Shown here piece by piece: positions 14,308 through 28,771 of a DNA stretch of 64,000 nucleotides; position 1 is the stretch's first letter, and the number at the start of each line of letters is the position of its first letter. This DNA is from Bispira polyomma (Eukaryota), in the NCBI GenBank assembly GCA_965649765.1, contig OZ287749.1, forward strand, positions 64,170,001-64,234,000, written 5' to 3'. Position numbers and translations under genes: made by a program. The notes under the pieces were generated by a model. That model saw nothing but the letters and a program-made list of their open reading frames with translations, searched no databases and had not been told where the DNA came from.

Positions 14308-17300
14308 GTAAGTCTTTTTTGTCTGACTGACTGTTTGTTGGTGTCTTTATCTGTTGCTTAGAATACTACTTGTTAGACATTTCTTTCTATCCTTAGATAG
14401 TGAAAAACATATTTTCAGCCAATCAAATTTCTTGAGATAAAAATAATTTAAATTGATACTCAGGACAGTGTCTATCTCTGTCTGGGGATTGAAAGGGTTA
14501 ATTTACCTGTTTATGACTTAAGTGTAGACAGAGAACAAGGCCTATCATCAGATAAGCATTACACTATTGTGTCCTATTATGACAATTTAAGAATAGATTT
14601 AGAATTATTTCAGTTGCTAGCCTGTGTAACACAATTCAAGTTATTGCCTAAAATGAATTAGCAAGTATTTGAGATAAAAAACATGGAAGAGTGGGGGACT
14701 ATTGTGGTTTTGGTGTGATCAAACTTTGTAAATTGATATTATTATTGGCAATAATTTAGGCGTTTAGTTTTATTTATAAGTGTTTGTCAGTTTCATTTGC
14801 ATTTTATTTATTTATGTTTAAATAAGTATTAGCTGTAGTGCCTAAAACATATAATGTGTATTTTGTTAGAATTATTTAATTTAAATCTTGAATGTTTTGT
14901 TACATTTTACTAAGATTATACCATAGATAGTTTAAGCCAGCTGCAAATGCAATGTAGCTGTAACACAGCCAGCTTATAATCATGTCACTCTTATCTCTAA
15001 TACCCCTTATAACCGATTTGCTGTAGTGCCAAAAATTAACTTTTGTATATTGGATGTCAGAATGCAATAATTTATCTTAATGCATATATAGTAGAATACA
15101 TGTAATATATCACAGTATATTTAACTTGAAGTCCCAAAATTGATTTGTACTTTATATATTCAACCGTTGTTATAGAATTGACCATCTGTTAGCCTGATTT
15201 AGACATGCCAGTGGAAGTGAAACCCTTACAATGTTTGTCACTAATGCACCCTTGGCACTTCTTTTTGTGCACTTTCAAGAGGCATTTTGAGTAGCAATAC
15301 ATTATTTTTTTGTAACACAGAGTTTACTTTCATTCTTTATCTTTTGGTGGAGAGCGGGGATAGGATAGTGATTGTTAGTTGAGCCAAATATGATGTTTTT
15401 GGTGGGATACCAATAGTCATTAAGGTAAAGGTCAAAACCCACACAGCCGTGTCCGAAATTATAAGAGGATATAAATCCCATATAGAATTTCTCTTCTTTG
15501 CAGCTATACTGACACGAATTATTCGGCCGAATCCTGCGTGATAAAGAAGATCAGTGGCTTTGTAATGTTTAGAAGATTACAATCATACATTTTATTATCA
15601 AAATAAAAGTCATGTAACATTGGTATCCATTATTATCTGTCTACAATTTCACCTTATTTCTTGAAGAATGTGCCGACATATTTATGACAGACACTCCTAA
15701 GATTTACTATAAATATATCCTGTGGTTAAGTGACTTGAATGTACATCTTGTGGCTTGATACAAGGTTAGATCTTTGTGGAGAGTTTACTGTATATATATA
15801 TATATACAATCCGCTCAATATATCCTTCATGGATTTCAAAAAAAGATCTGTGTAAATAGAATCTGGGTGGGATCTATAAATCCACATCCGGATTCGACCC
15901 AGTCTGTTCCCCTACAGGGTTTCATGATGTACAACCGGATCGGCGATCCGAAGCCGCATTCAGAAACGACTGTGTGTGTTTAAACTTAAAGCATGATCTG
16001 ATGTTGTTCTCACCTTGGACCAAATTATGCCTATGGCCTAAAATATCTATAAATTTTGTATCTCTGGAATTTCTCATCCGTTAAAGGATGGTTTCCATAT
16101 GAGATGCGGTATAAGCAAATATAATAATAATTTTTCTAGAATTATACAAGGACTGTTTTGTTGTATGCTTGGTATGCAGTATGGTCATCATGTTATTTGA
16201 AGTGTACAGTTCTGCAGCAGCACAATCAATCTTCATTTTAACCTCCATGTTACAACCAATAACTCATAGGCCCTGAAAATATCATAATCTGACAATTGCA
16301 CCCGATGGGTGTGGAGGTCAAGCAACTCTATTTTAGACAACATCACCTTGCATGGGATGAAGCAGTTAATAATTTGTTTTTTGTTTTTTTATTTTTTTTT
16401 CGATAGATGAGCCAAACAGACATTCTCTAAATATCAGACTTTCCATTTTTTTTTAATGCATGGAAAGTCAGACGGGTATTTATTACACTTACAAACAAGT
16501 GTTTTTAAACACACAGTTTACTGAAAAACAAAGGTATCATTTCAACCATATGTTTTGGGGTTTGGTAATTGATCCTGCTATAATCCATATCAAAATTTTA
16601 ATCACTGCAGTGATACAGTATAAAGTACAGTTGTTTTTAGATGTCTCTCCAGCTGCATTTCAATGCATTAAATTCTAACAAGTTTGTGTGATCAATTCTG
16701 ATTGATTCAAAGGTATATTAAACTCCATAACCAACACGTTGAAATACCATTACACAGAGAATGATCAGCCTAAATACCAACTTAATCTTATTTTACATTA
16801 AAAAAAATTGCACCCATTAATCGCCACAATGATTTTAAGAAATTTCGGAATAACTTTTACATGCAGATGGTAAAAACCCCACTTCAAATGATATTTGGGA
16901 CAATGGTTTTTACTGACAATACAACAATTATCAACCAAAAATACCAATTTAATCTAATTTTCTATGATAAAACTAGCACCCAATTAATCTCCAAAATGAT
17001 TTGAACAAATGTTAAAGTAAGTTAACTTTTACATGTTGATGGTAAAGACCCCACTTCAGATGACACTTAAGACATTGTGTGTTCACCAAGCAATACCGGT
17101 ATTCAACGTATGTTGAAATTTAATGTATTTTCAGATGGAATTGGTACTACAGGTAAATGTTCGGAGATGGCCCAAAACTAATCACTCTGTTAGCAATAGT
17201 AACTTCTTGCAATGGTGGAATATTATACATATACTCATATATAAATGTCCAGTAATAATAATAATATATATATATACATCAGTGACATTGCTTGATTTGC

Positions 17301-17383
17301 AAAGACATTCTAATATTTAGCTTTTGTTGTTACAAGAGATATGCATCTGTATGGTTTATTAGTACAATTCAACTAATGACTTC

Positions 17384-17855
17384 GGGCCGGATTCACTAAA
17401 TGACTTAAATCTAACAGGTCTGTTTTAGAATAGGCTCTAACATTTGGGTAAGCCAAAGATCTATATGTAATAAAGCTTTGACCTAACTCAATAGAGAAAG
17501 GATCTTTCTCTGACATCACACAGATCAATCTCTTTTAAGGACTGCCTTTAGATATAGTACAGTAACAGACCATTTAGTATTTTATAGACCATGTAAAAGT
17601 CCTAAATATATATCAAATAAAAAAGATGTGAACCTTTTCACTTATTGTTAAACTTTTATACAGTGGACTAATTGGGCAGATAAAGTGTTTACAGTGTATA
17701 CCTTAACAATAAAAACGTTATTTCAGTTAGGAAAAGGTGGCTAACTGATTACAGTATAGTGGAAATTAATTATTAGCAGTCCTTATTTAAGCAATAGATA
17801 CAAATAAAACTAAACTTGGGGGTTAGCATTTAGTTACTTTAGTAAGATCCGGCCC
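17384..17855. mobile_element. MITE, PIF/Harbinger-like
   Basis: About 30-bp imperfect TIRs gggccggattcactaaatgacttaaatctaac / gttagcatttagttactttagtaagatccggccc. Confidence 0.7.
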
Positions 17856-19093
17856 TAGATCTTTGATTTACTGCATGGAAACTGCATGCATATTGTCTGT
17901 GACGTAAACCAACTTTATTCTACAACTTGCCTTGATAAAACCAATTAACATCCCCAACCTTTATACTGATAATTTAAAACCTTTTTATCTAGAAACTTGG
18001 GCATGAGTGATTTTTTTAGTGTGTAAACCTGTATTTCTAAGTTTATTGATTTGATTATTATATGTTGCTAGATACAGTTACTCAGCCTCAGCTATTAACT
18101 CACTAAATAGCTTGCATATTTAACCATTAACGACTATAATATTGAAGTTTTTGTCTTGAAATAGGGTTCTAAATGTTTTGTTTTCTTTTACAAGCTTTTT
18201 AGCACAATATATGTGTGTATTTGCCAATGAATTATTCTTTGATGCAAACTACTTTTATAATTTGGATATATTCCATTAACCATGTGTGGTCATTTGCACG
18301 TATTGCTTGTCATATATACAGGTTTGGAGTTCATTGGTGTGCTATTTACAATTTAATTCATTACAGTATACAGTATGGAAATAAAGATTAGATAAAGTTT
18401 CATAATCTAAATAATGTATGACTTTTAAATGAAACCTGCACAATTATCATGGCAGCAATTTAATGCTGATTACATCAGTATTTACATCAGCTTATTTTAT
18501 TGATTATATATCACAGAGTTTTATTACAACATTGACATATTATCAAGTTATGAAATTACAGCTACAATGATCAATTAAAAGCCAAATTGATGTATATATG
18601 GATGTACTAATTTATAGTATTTTGATATATTCACCATCTGAATCATTTGATCTATAATATATTGATAATTTTGTTTGATACATTTACATGATTTAAACCA
18701 TTTTTCAGTAGGTAAATTAGTGCAAAAAGAAGGCTTAGACCTGATGGTTATAAGAATGCACTTTAATATCAATAGCCACTCACCCCGGTGGATAAAGGGT
18801 TCCATTCTCATGGTTTCCTTTATGGAAAGTCCTTTCCTTCTTTAGAAAGTTGAAGATGTTGCCGGTGGTTAGTGGTTTTAACTATAAAAGGACCTATAAC
18901 TGAAATAATTTTTTTGGTACCTTATATCTATTAATACCAGAATAAATGCTAACCAGTAAACAGTGGTGTTGATAGTTCCAGCTCAGAAGCGAGAATATAT
19001 TTGTTTGTAAAAAAAGTCACACTTCGATGTTTTGTACCATATTTTGATACAATATCCATCTTATTGAGTCAAATGCATTACCTCTATTTTCAG

Positions 19094-19384
19094 CTGTCCA
19101 GGTGAATGCTAGAGGGACTCCATTTATAGAACAGGGCAAGACCATCTACCTGGAGTGCAATGCCTCTGGAAAACCCGAACCTCCCCAAGACGTCCAATGG
19201 TACAAAGATGGTAAACACGTGGAATCTGACATCCTCAAAGGCATCTACATTGAGAAGAAGATTGAGAGCAAAGTGCTCTACAGTAGCCTGGAGATTAGGA
19301 ACAGCCGACTGGACGATGCAGGCCACTACACATGTATGTCTTCAAATAGGGAAGCAGCAGCTATTCAAATACATATCTTAGATG
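19094..19384 (+). CDS. Exon of Dpr/ZIG-8-like protein, Ig domain 2
   Basis: tattttcag acceptor, G|gtaagt donor, phase 1-1, in frame with the previous exon; LECNASG..P...V.WYKDG...L.I.NSRLDDAGHYTC Ig motif. Confidence 0.93.
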
Positions 19385-19905
19385 GTAAGTCTTGAAAAGT
19401 ATCCCAAAAAGCTTCCACATAGTCAAGAATTGTATATTTCTCTGTTCAGGGTTGCTAACGAAGGTAGATACACCCTCCCCTCCATACAGTTTAGAAAAGT
19501 AGGAAATACCTAATTTGATTTGAACCCAATTGAGCACCTTTGGTTGTCTTAAAATTTTATTGACCTGAAAGAGTCAAGAAACTTGCCGACAGAACAGTAC
19601 AAACCTTTGTTCAAAGCATGTCTCAAAGGTTGCCAAAAAGGTGCTATTGTGCAGGCTGGAGGCTTTGATTCAAACTACTGATCACATTGACTGTATTCTG
19701 TGAAAATTAATTTAAAATAGACTAAATAAACTATATTGTTGATAGTTTTGAAATTTTGGGTTTACCATTAATAAACTTTGTTATATTTGAAGTCCTTTTA
19801 GTTAATTGTCATTGTGACAACTGCAAAAATAGGAATTTTTTAAATGCCTTTTGAAAAGCATGAGTTAACATTACATTATGTTAATGTTCCAGCCTACTTT
19901 ATTTC

Positions 19906-19908
<3 letters not shown>

Positions 19909-19942
<34 letters not shown>
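19909..19942. repeat. (TA)n microsatellite
   Basis: Direct reading. Confidence 0.95.
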
Positions 19943-19945
<3 letters not shown>

Positions 19946-20503
19946 TTTTTATCAAAATATATTCCAATTTATCAGAAATTAGGGGGTTATGTATCTGCCA
20001 TATTTTGCAACCCTGTATAGGGTCAGTGCTGAGATTGTGGGGTTTTTAACATTGTTATATTTTTTAGTTTATTTGCTTTTGTGCCTTGGTTATTCGTGTA
20101 TCATTTATAGAGGAAAAATAATATATATATATATCTATTATCGAAGAGGCAAATTTTGTTCTATGTATATATATATTATATAATTTGGAATTTTTTTAAT
20201 ACCCATATTTTTTTCATGTTTAACGGTAGAGCGTCAGATTGCTTAAAACGAGTGTACCAATATATTTTAATCGCTTCATTGTTCTGTTTTCATTTGCTGT
20301 ATTTTAATTGTAATTCTATAAGCATAACCAAGTATATTTAAAAATCGATATGTAGAGAAGTAAAACAAAGAAATATTTCAATGCGTGTTTCTATATGCGT
20401 GTAAAAACTTTAAATATAACACTTTGCACACTATAACAATACATTTTTAATGCCTCCAAAATATTTTTATGTGTATACTATGTTATCCTTTCATATTTTG
20501 CAG

Positions 20504-20530
20504 TTGAAAATAATCCCAATGTAAAACGTG
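20504..20530 (+). CDS. 27-nt micro-exon (V-ENNPNVKR) of the Ig gene stalk
   Basis: ttcatattttgcag acceptor, G|gtaaga donor, phase 1-1, no stop codon. Confidence 0.75.
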
Positions 20531-21062
20531 GTAAGATCTTATATAGCCATGATGTTTGGAATTCTTGTTTTGAGCAATTGTGTTTCATGTTTCTGGTTCT
20601 TGCAAGTAGTTTGTTTTTTGCATTAAATTGGGAAAATAAATAAAAGCCAGCCATCAAAAGAATGTCACTTCAGAGACAAATAAATGCTTTATCTTTATTT
20701 TGGTAAGCATAAATTTTCAACCAAAAGTAAAGGGAAGTGAACTAGATTTATTGAAATTACCAATGTTTCAGCTAGTTCATGCTTGACTTATGGACTCAAA
20801 TCTTTACCTTAAATCAAGCTTTAAAATAATGGATATTGAGGCTATGCAGTACTAGTGCAGTAAAAATAATTGCAACAATTTTGAAAGGATACATGTATGG
20901 CTTTAACTTCTGTTGCAATATCTGTCTGCTGTGTATGTGTGTTTTTCCCAATTTAATGCGATGGATGAATCGGTTTTATTTGTGCACCAAACACATATTC
21001 CACTTGTAGTGCTTATCAATAATCTCTTGTCTTCTATCTTCTCTCTTCTCTGGATGGCTTAG

Positions 21063-21089
21063 ATCACTTAAGTAGATCTGATAAGAGAG
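21063..21089 (+). CDS. Candidate second 27-nt micro-exon (D-HLSRSDKR)
   Basis: Long pyrimidine tract plus ttag acceptor, consensus AG|gtaagt donor, phase 1-1, open frame, same length and KR-G ending as 20504-20530. Confidence 0.6.
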
Positions 21090-21125
21090 GTAAGTGTGAC
21101 CCAAGGTGTAATCAGGGCAAAGAAG

Positions 21126-21549
21126 TGTCGTTCACACGCATATGTCGGATACTATGATACCATTAAGGCGTTCTACCAGTACTACTCATGGATACATCGA
21201 AATGTTCTAAATAGGTTGCCTAAAAAGTACCAGAATCACTAATCCCCACACATACATCATAAAAACACTTTTATGTACATAAAATAGCTGCTATTTGACG
21301 AACTGCGCAGTATCCGGAATGCTAATTAAAGTTCTTAAGTGTTATAGCCATACTTGGTACAAACACTTTATCAACATTTAGGTCTTGAAACAATGGAGGA
21401 GATAATACATTTATAGCTCCAAATATATTGAAAAAAGTTATGGCTTAAAACTAAAACATTAAATTAATAAAATGATGTAGTATTCTGACAGAAATGTGAC
21501 CCTACTGGTATGCCATACTGGTATCAAAACTGAGTGCAGGTGAACGATA
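21126..21549. mobile_element. MITE, Harbinger-like TIR
   Basis: Imperfect TIRs tgtcgttcacacgca / tgcaggtgaacgata. Confidence 0.5.
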
Positions 21550-23563
21550 ATTAGATCTAATTCACTGCTAGTCAGACATTCCAAAAAATAGATCACAAAA
21601 ACACTGGTTCCTCACAAATTTCTTATAAAACTGATTATCTAATATGCAAGACTAACTGTACTAATACTGATGTGCAGTGAATTCAGCATGTATCTAAATT
21701 AACCAAGACTTTAACTTGTGTAAGAGTAGTGAAATTGCATGAAACAGATAGAAAAATTGTACCTTATTTACCTTTTGGTCATTGACGCCTTAGCTGAGGC
21801 ACACATTAATGGATGCCTTGCCAGCCGTTTCTGATGCATTTACTACAAGTCTACAACATTTGTCTTTTATATCATTTGATTGCTATGCTAATGTAAGATC
21901 TCTGAGTGATAAGAAATGCATTGTTTTATATCCTTCTTTTTTAAATCCACCTTCTAAAAATGACTATACAAAAGTTATGAAGACATACTCTCGAGACCTG
22001 CAAAACACAGGAAAACCACAATTCAAACACTGTAGCCCCTTTATACACATTGTGCTAATAAGCACCATTGGCCTTTTTCTTCCAACTTCTATCTTTTGGG
22101 GGTTACTCTTTTCCTTTCAATTTCCTATGCTTTGTTTTAATAAGAACAAGCTTTAAAAGGAAATTTCTTTGGAATTTTGATTAACTGTGATATTTGCAGG
22201 AGTTTCTGTTAAATTCTACACTTTTTAGTGTTATAGTGTTTGCTCTTATATTGGAACTTTAGATTATTGTATTATATTAATACATATATCCATCTATATC
22301 CATCTAACTGCATGTGTTTTCTGATTTCCTTTTATTTGACTTTTTTAAATTGAAAGGGCGAATTTTTCCTATCACACTATTTAAATAGCTCATAATAATG
22401 TTAATATAGCTTAGTTAAAGCAGCTTAAACGTTTTTGAAAAAATTCTTGGACCAAAATACATTTTGGTTCCAATGTTATCCATTTCATTGTCTCTTTTGT
22501 GTAACAAAAAGATTCTGCTTATGCATAGTTGTATTGTAAATGTAATACGGATGACTCATTTAAACAGATGGTCTATGAAGCAATATGAACTTATTTGTAG
22601 TGACTGTACGTTTCAACTTTGTCTCAGATACACCTATATTCGAAGCCCTTTGGAACTACTTGTTTTTATCCATTAGCATTAGTTGCGGCGTCATGAAAGT
22701 TTTGAAACATTCAAATATTTCGTGGACGAATGCTCGTTCATGAGGGTTATTGTGGGGTTTTTTGTCGTTATTGTTTGTTGTGTCTTAGTTTCTCATTAGT
22801 GGGTGTTACTGGAGGTACATGTAAGTTTTAACAAACCACAACTTTGTAGTAGTGGGGGTAGAGCTTTTTGGGTGGGGGGGGGGGATTGCGAGGGGTGGGG
22901 GTTAATGTAGTGATCTATATGTGGACGTAAAACCAAAAACTTGATGCAATGAATACTGATGAACATCCGTCTGAATGAGTTCGCGTCTTAAGCAATAACT
23001 ATAGACTTGTACTTGTATTATCACACATATATTGCTTGTAATTATAGAATCAGTGTACAGATTAATGAGCTTCTAGTAGACTGTAATGCATGGCTTTGGT
23101 GATAGTTAAAAATATACACACACTTACTTTGGGTTTTAGTGAATCTATGTGCACTATGTGTCTATTTTAAATATTTTAAGTAAACAACTTAAATTATGCT
23201 TTAGTTACTATTAGAAGGTGTAAGTTGACTTTTTAAAAAAATATGTCATTTATATATTGGTTATTTATATATATCAGAAATTTAGAAATTTTTTCCTCGT
23301 AACTTTTACATATTAAACATGATATAAAGGTGTAATTTAAACTAGAGCTAATTTTATCTAATGAAATTAAATAAGTCACTATTAATTCCTAGAAAATTTT
23401 GCAGTAGAAAAAAAAATCACCAGTGAAAATTAATCTAAGTGGAATTCTAAAAATAATATATTTACTGACTATAATTGCACCTATAATTTAATTACTTGTG
23501 TTTAAAGAAATGTTTCTTGTCCCTAACCTATATATAAACAGTCACCATCTTTTGTGCTTCCAG

Positions 23564-23703
23564 GATCGGGGAATATGAACCCAGATGCTCTACACAGTGA
23601 AAACGGCGCCAGCAGCCACATGCAGCAATCAAAAACTCTATTATCGCTCAAACACTCGCTCCTCCTCATACTAACTAGTCTTTTAGCCTGGTCTGTGAGG
23701 TGA
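23564..23703 (+). CDS. Terminal coding exon of the Ig gene, GPI-anchor signal
   Basis: ttttgtgcttccag acceptor, phase 1; GSGNMNPDALHSENGASSHMQQSKTLLSLKHSLLLILTSLLAWSVR*: small-residue omega region (NGASS), spacer, hydrophobic tail, no cytoplasmic domain. Confidence 0.85.
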
Positions 23704-24337
23704 TTTTTAGTTTTAAAAATTTAATTATTAAAAAATTCAATTGTATTTAAACATGTGCAAAGTGTAAATAGTTTCTCCTTTTCTTGTAAATGTAATGTGA
23801 TTTTCTAAAGTTATTTATAGATTTGAATATCTGACTCTAATGTGACATTGTTGTTTGTTTTTTTTGGTAAAACTACAAGCTGTATATAATATATAGCTTT
23901 AACCCCAGTGTGCATTTGTGAGTGTTATTAGTTTGTACCGCAGTCATTTTGTACATATTTGCATATAGTATCTCATATTGTAGTACATCTCACAATTTGT
24001 ACAATGAAGAAAGTTTCTGGGTTAAATATAGGATATGGACTAACAAATGATTCAAATAGATTTTGTAAATGTAACCTATCACCCTCTCAGCAAGTGGTAC
24101 ACACCTGATATATATTTGGAAAGAAAAGCTTATCGAGGTGTACAGTAAAAAAATTATATTTTTTAAAATAGGATGAAGACTTTATATACATGATAGATAT
24201 TTGTCAATCATTGCATCTATAGTTGCTACAATATACAACATGAAGATGGTGTTTATACACTCCTGTGTTGCTTTAAAACCATAGTACCTCTTCATATGTG
24301 ATCATCTGCCTGTTAATTATACACAGCTTTAAGAGTG

Positions 24338-24520
24338 AGTGGCCTGAGTTGTATAGAGGTTGCATCTCCCATGTCAGCTCTGCATTCGTGGGTTTGAATC
24401 TCAGCCACAGTGTGAATGAGGGGAAATTGGCAATAGACTTGCTGAAGGTCGGTTGTTTATGGTTCAGAAATATTAACCAACTAATTTCCTCCCACTGATA
24501 AATGGCACGTTGCGATTAGA
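24338..24520 (+). mobile_element. Degenerate tRNA-derived SINE in the likely 3' UTR
   Basis: gtggcctgag A-box-like, gggtttgaatctc B-box-like, gacttgctgaaggtcggttg core, tttcctcccac. Confidence 0.5.
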
Positions 24521-25393
24521 ATACACTTTCAATAAAACCATTGTTAAATTAAAATGTTATAAATCAATGTATAACTTTAAACGATGAGTGTCAATTTAAT
24601 CAACTGCACTGTAGCTTAAAAAATACACGGTAGTTTTTGCAATAAACAAATTGTTTTTTTGCTGAATATTTTTTTAAATATTATTCATGCTAACTTAGAG
24701 TAACCTAGATAGAACACAGTAATACAAAGCGATACAAAACCTAGGTTTTACCAATAATAATCTTATAATATGGTATTATATTGTATGTAATCTGCATTTA
24801 GTAATACAGTGTGTAAATACGTTATCAGTTACCATAGAAAGTAGGTGTATATATTGAACTCAATTTTGTTACAGGGAAGTTTTGCACTGTAGTTTGCCAG
24901 TAAATTTGAGTTGTTATTAGCATATTAGCATAAAACCTTTGTATTGTATCCAGTGGAAAACTGTACATAGTTTTGTACATATTCAGCTGATGTGTGTATA
25001 TTATTTTGTACTTTAGGTGTATATGTGGTCAGAATAATCCTAACCTCTTTTCTGTGATTCAATTGTTCATGTGTCTGTGTTTTTATAGATTTCTTCACCT
25101 GACTACTAAGAGAATTCATCTTGTCAATTGTCATTACTTCACTTCTTATCAGTTCATTAGACTGTTCATTTCTTTTACAAAAGTTAGTTCTGGTTAATGA
25201 AAATAATCATAGGGCTTGTAGGTCTGCAAAATATTCTCATCTTTCAGTATTACTTTAGATATTATGTTTTATGCAGATTGCTTTAGTTTATATATAGGCT
25301 CATGTTAGTAGATTTTATATTATACCATTGATTTTTTTTCATTGTGTAATGTATTGACAAAATTCTATAGCACCCAAATTGATATCCAGTTTA

Positions 25394-25851
25394 AATCGTG
25401 GTCACACTGAATACTTTTGCGTTACGTTGTTTTATAAGTAAACGGGAGAAAACGAAATCTGGAAAGGTAGCAAAAAAAATCACATGTATGGGTCGTTTTG
25501 TTCATATTCAGTACGCACCTGTACATGTTTGTAATATGTTTAAATAGCCATTTCAATTATGTTTAACTCGTTAGCCACGTTTCTAAACCTGTTTTAGTCC
25601 CGTTCTCCTCGTTTTTAACGTTTGTGAACCCGTTTTGTTCTCGTTGTCCTCATTCTTAATATTATTTGTAGGTATAGTTTGTTTTACTCCCGTGCTTTAT
25701 GTCAAATAGGCATTGAATATGGGTCATACGTTTGCCGCAAATGCACCACCCCTTTTTGAGGAAAATTTTGAGCAAACGGCTAAAAACATAAAATTTTTAG
25801 AACGGTGATATGGCTTCGGGTACCAACTCAATGAAAAATGTGACAGTGGTA
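25394..25851 (+). mobile_element. MITE family B (PIF/Harbinger-like)
   Basis: Starts TTA + aatcgtggtcacactg; body homologous to 48090-48560 and, inverted, to 38600-38980 and 50228-50906. Confidence 0.75.
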
Positions 25852-28625
25852 ACAGTAGTTCAGGCGACTACTGACAAGTGCAATAGCCACAATAATTGCG
25901 GTATCTATGAGATGGAGGCAAATCCTCTTCAAGTCCCTCATATGATAGTCTTAGGATAGGAAAACATTGGAGATATAATGACTGAACGAGTAACTTTAAT
26001 CAAATATGACACCCAGGTTTTTTTTTACTGTGTCACCAGGGCTCATATTAGTATTGAGAATAGTAACATCATAGAACATTTTAAACTTCTTTATAATTTC
26101 TACCTTGGTAATGAGAATATAAATTGGCTTTTGTAAGGATTGAGTTTCAGTTTAGAAAAAAACATCCATCTAAGTTCGATCAGAGTCAAGGCAAGCTAAG
26201 AACATTTGAACACTTTAAAGCAACACGGACCTCTGTGTCATCGTCATTATTATGATAGCTAGCTTCGAATTAATTTTGAAATTACTAAAGAGAGTACTAC
26301 ACTGTGGTCCATGGTATCAAATGCCCAGTAAATACATCAGACAGATACAGCCACAACATCATTTTTATCTAAGCATATTTGTCATTGTTAAAAACCAGCA
26401 AAGCACTCTGGTTGCAATGGAACTTCCTGTCGGCAGATTGATATATCTTTGATATGCCCTGGTCGGAAATGCTAATGCTTTATCATTTAGTGTTGAAATC
26501 AAACTTAGGGTGGATACAGGACAATAGTTTTTGAGCACATTTCTATCACATTATTTTGTCAAGAAAGGACAAATATGGGCACTCCCAAAATGAAAGGGTG
26601 ACAAAAGTGACTTGGCCAAATTTTACTTTCAAATCCACATACACTAAGTACAAATCTGTAAGCATGGTTAAAGGGAAATACATATGGAGTACCGCCATAC
26701 TACTGTAGTGAAACATCTACTTTACAAATAACTTGGCGGAGTATTTTGGCAGAGCATAAAACGATGCGATAATACCAATATTGGAGGGTACATATGTGTT
26801 CATTAAATTGAATACACGGACAACAGAATGTTCATGTAATAGAAATTCTACTGTACTTACAGTAGAAATAAATACACAAATGGAGAATTATAACAAAATC
26901 AAATCTGTAATGGCGCCTACTCTCAGTACTAACAGATTCTAAGGCAAAACAATAATAAAGGCTTATATTATACGAGTCAGTTGAATAGAGCTCCATACAC
27001 TACCCGTTTCTTAAATGCTTATCTGCAACAATGTCTGCATCTGTGATTTGCTTTTTTTGTTCATACCTGCATTGTAACATATAGAATGACATAAATAAAT
27101 TAGTAGTAACACATCAAAAAGTTAGATGTAGCAAATTGCATGTGTTTGTGCCAGAATGGATGAAGATAATGGTTGGTACATAGTTTTCGTCCATTAATAC
27201 ATAGTACACAGATCTGGAGAAACATACTGAATTCTATTTTTTCCCCAACTAAAGCTACTCGAGACGATTTTATTTGCAATTTGGTGTCCTGGAAGACCGA
27301 ACATTAATTTGCACCGAAATTTTTGTAAATTTGTTTTGACCTTTGGAAGATAATTGGAGAACAGTAAAAAGGTAGCTTTCTGTGAAAACTTGTAAAAATG
27401 GTTAACTAGTGAATTTTTGTTCCAGGTGCAATTTCCATAATTCTAGCTTATGTTAGCAAATTGACTACAGTTCATTACTTTCTGTTTTGCATCTTACATA
27501 TTTAAACCCGGTATCTGTTACTTGTGTGTTGGTTTTTCAGTTATATATTGAATTTGTTTTTCTTGTTGTAAAAATATGAAGAAACTACAAATTATAATTA
27601 ACTTTTTTATGTTTTATTATGAGTTTTTTAATGTTAGAAACAATTCCTCTTTTTAAATTGCCAATATATCGATATCAGTGAACAGAAAACCAAGTACAAT
27701 GAATGGTAACATTTTGTACATAATTGATGACGTTTATGAAATCTATTTTTTTAAATATCCTGCTTGTCTTACACAAAAGTGATTTAAAAAATGAGAGTTT
27801 TTCAGAACATACCAAAATGTATATAATTTTGAAGTAAAAATAATTAAGCTACTTTGACTTATGCATATAATTAAAATGACCATGTATATTTGATGTTAAC
27901 GGTACCACTAGACTCCAGCACTTATATAGTAGGTGTATAGTAGGTACATTGAAAGAAAACCTCTTTCTAGTTAAGGGGAAGTTAATCCTTCAGTTAATTC
28001 TTCAGCCTGATGCATTACAAAGCAATTTGGATAATAATCATTAGCAATAAGTACTTACTCGTAGCAGTTATCTCATTGTAGGCATTTTATGCCCCTTTGT
28101 GTGAATATTTCACATAGCATTGTTGTAAAAAAATCAACTGAATTACTGTTTGTAACCACAATATGTAACTACAATATGCTTTAGTAAACCATTCATCAAT
28201 AATAAAATGAATACAAGTTTCTTGTTCTTTTATTTTCATAAACCAATACTTACATAACTCAAAACATAAGAACTAGGCATCTGTTTGAATGGATCCCGAG
28301 TTTTTGGACAATATAATTTATACCATCCATTATATCTGTGATTCAAATTCCATGCTAGACATAACTTAAATGTGTCAAGTGAAACTTATTGGTCCATCAC
28401 CTTTGATTTGCTTCATTGCACAAGTACAGCCAAGAAATAGTTGTCACTTACAGTTCCCTAGCTGAAGACAGGGGCCTCAGGATGGCTATTTATCAACATC
28501 CCAAACGGTTCTTTAGCCTGACAATAGGGATAAGACCACAGTTCAGAGAACTGCCATTTAACTGGTAATCCAAGCCACTATGTATATTTATATTTGTATC
28601 TACTAGGAGGTTGGGCTTAAACCCA

Positions 28626-28771
28626 GGGCTGGTATTCACAAAGATTCTTACTCTTAAATTTTTATCTCAAGCAACTTGTTCGGCTGAAAATATGCTTTCA
28701 AAGAATCTGATTAGCTGAGACTGACAAAATTCTGGGAATTGCATTGTAAAAATGTTTGTGAATACGGCCTT
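28626..28771. mobile_element. Short MITE (CAG-flanked, Harbinger-like)
   Basis: ggtattcacaaag ... tttgtgaatacggcc inverted ends, CAG on both sides. Confidence 0.55.
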
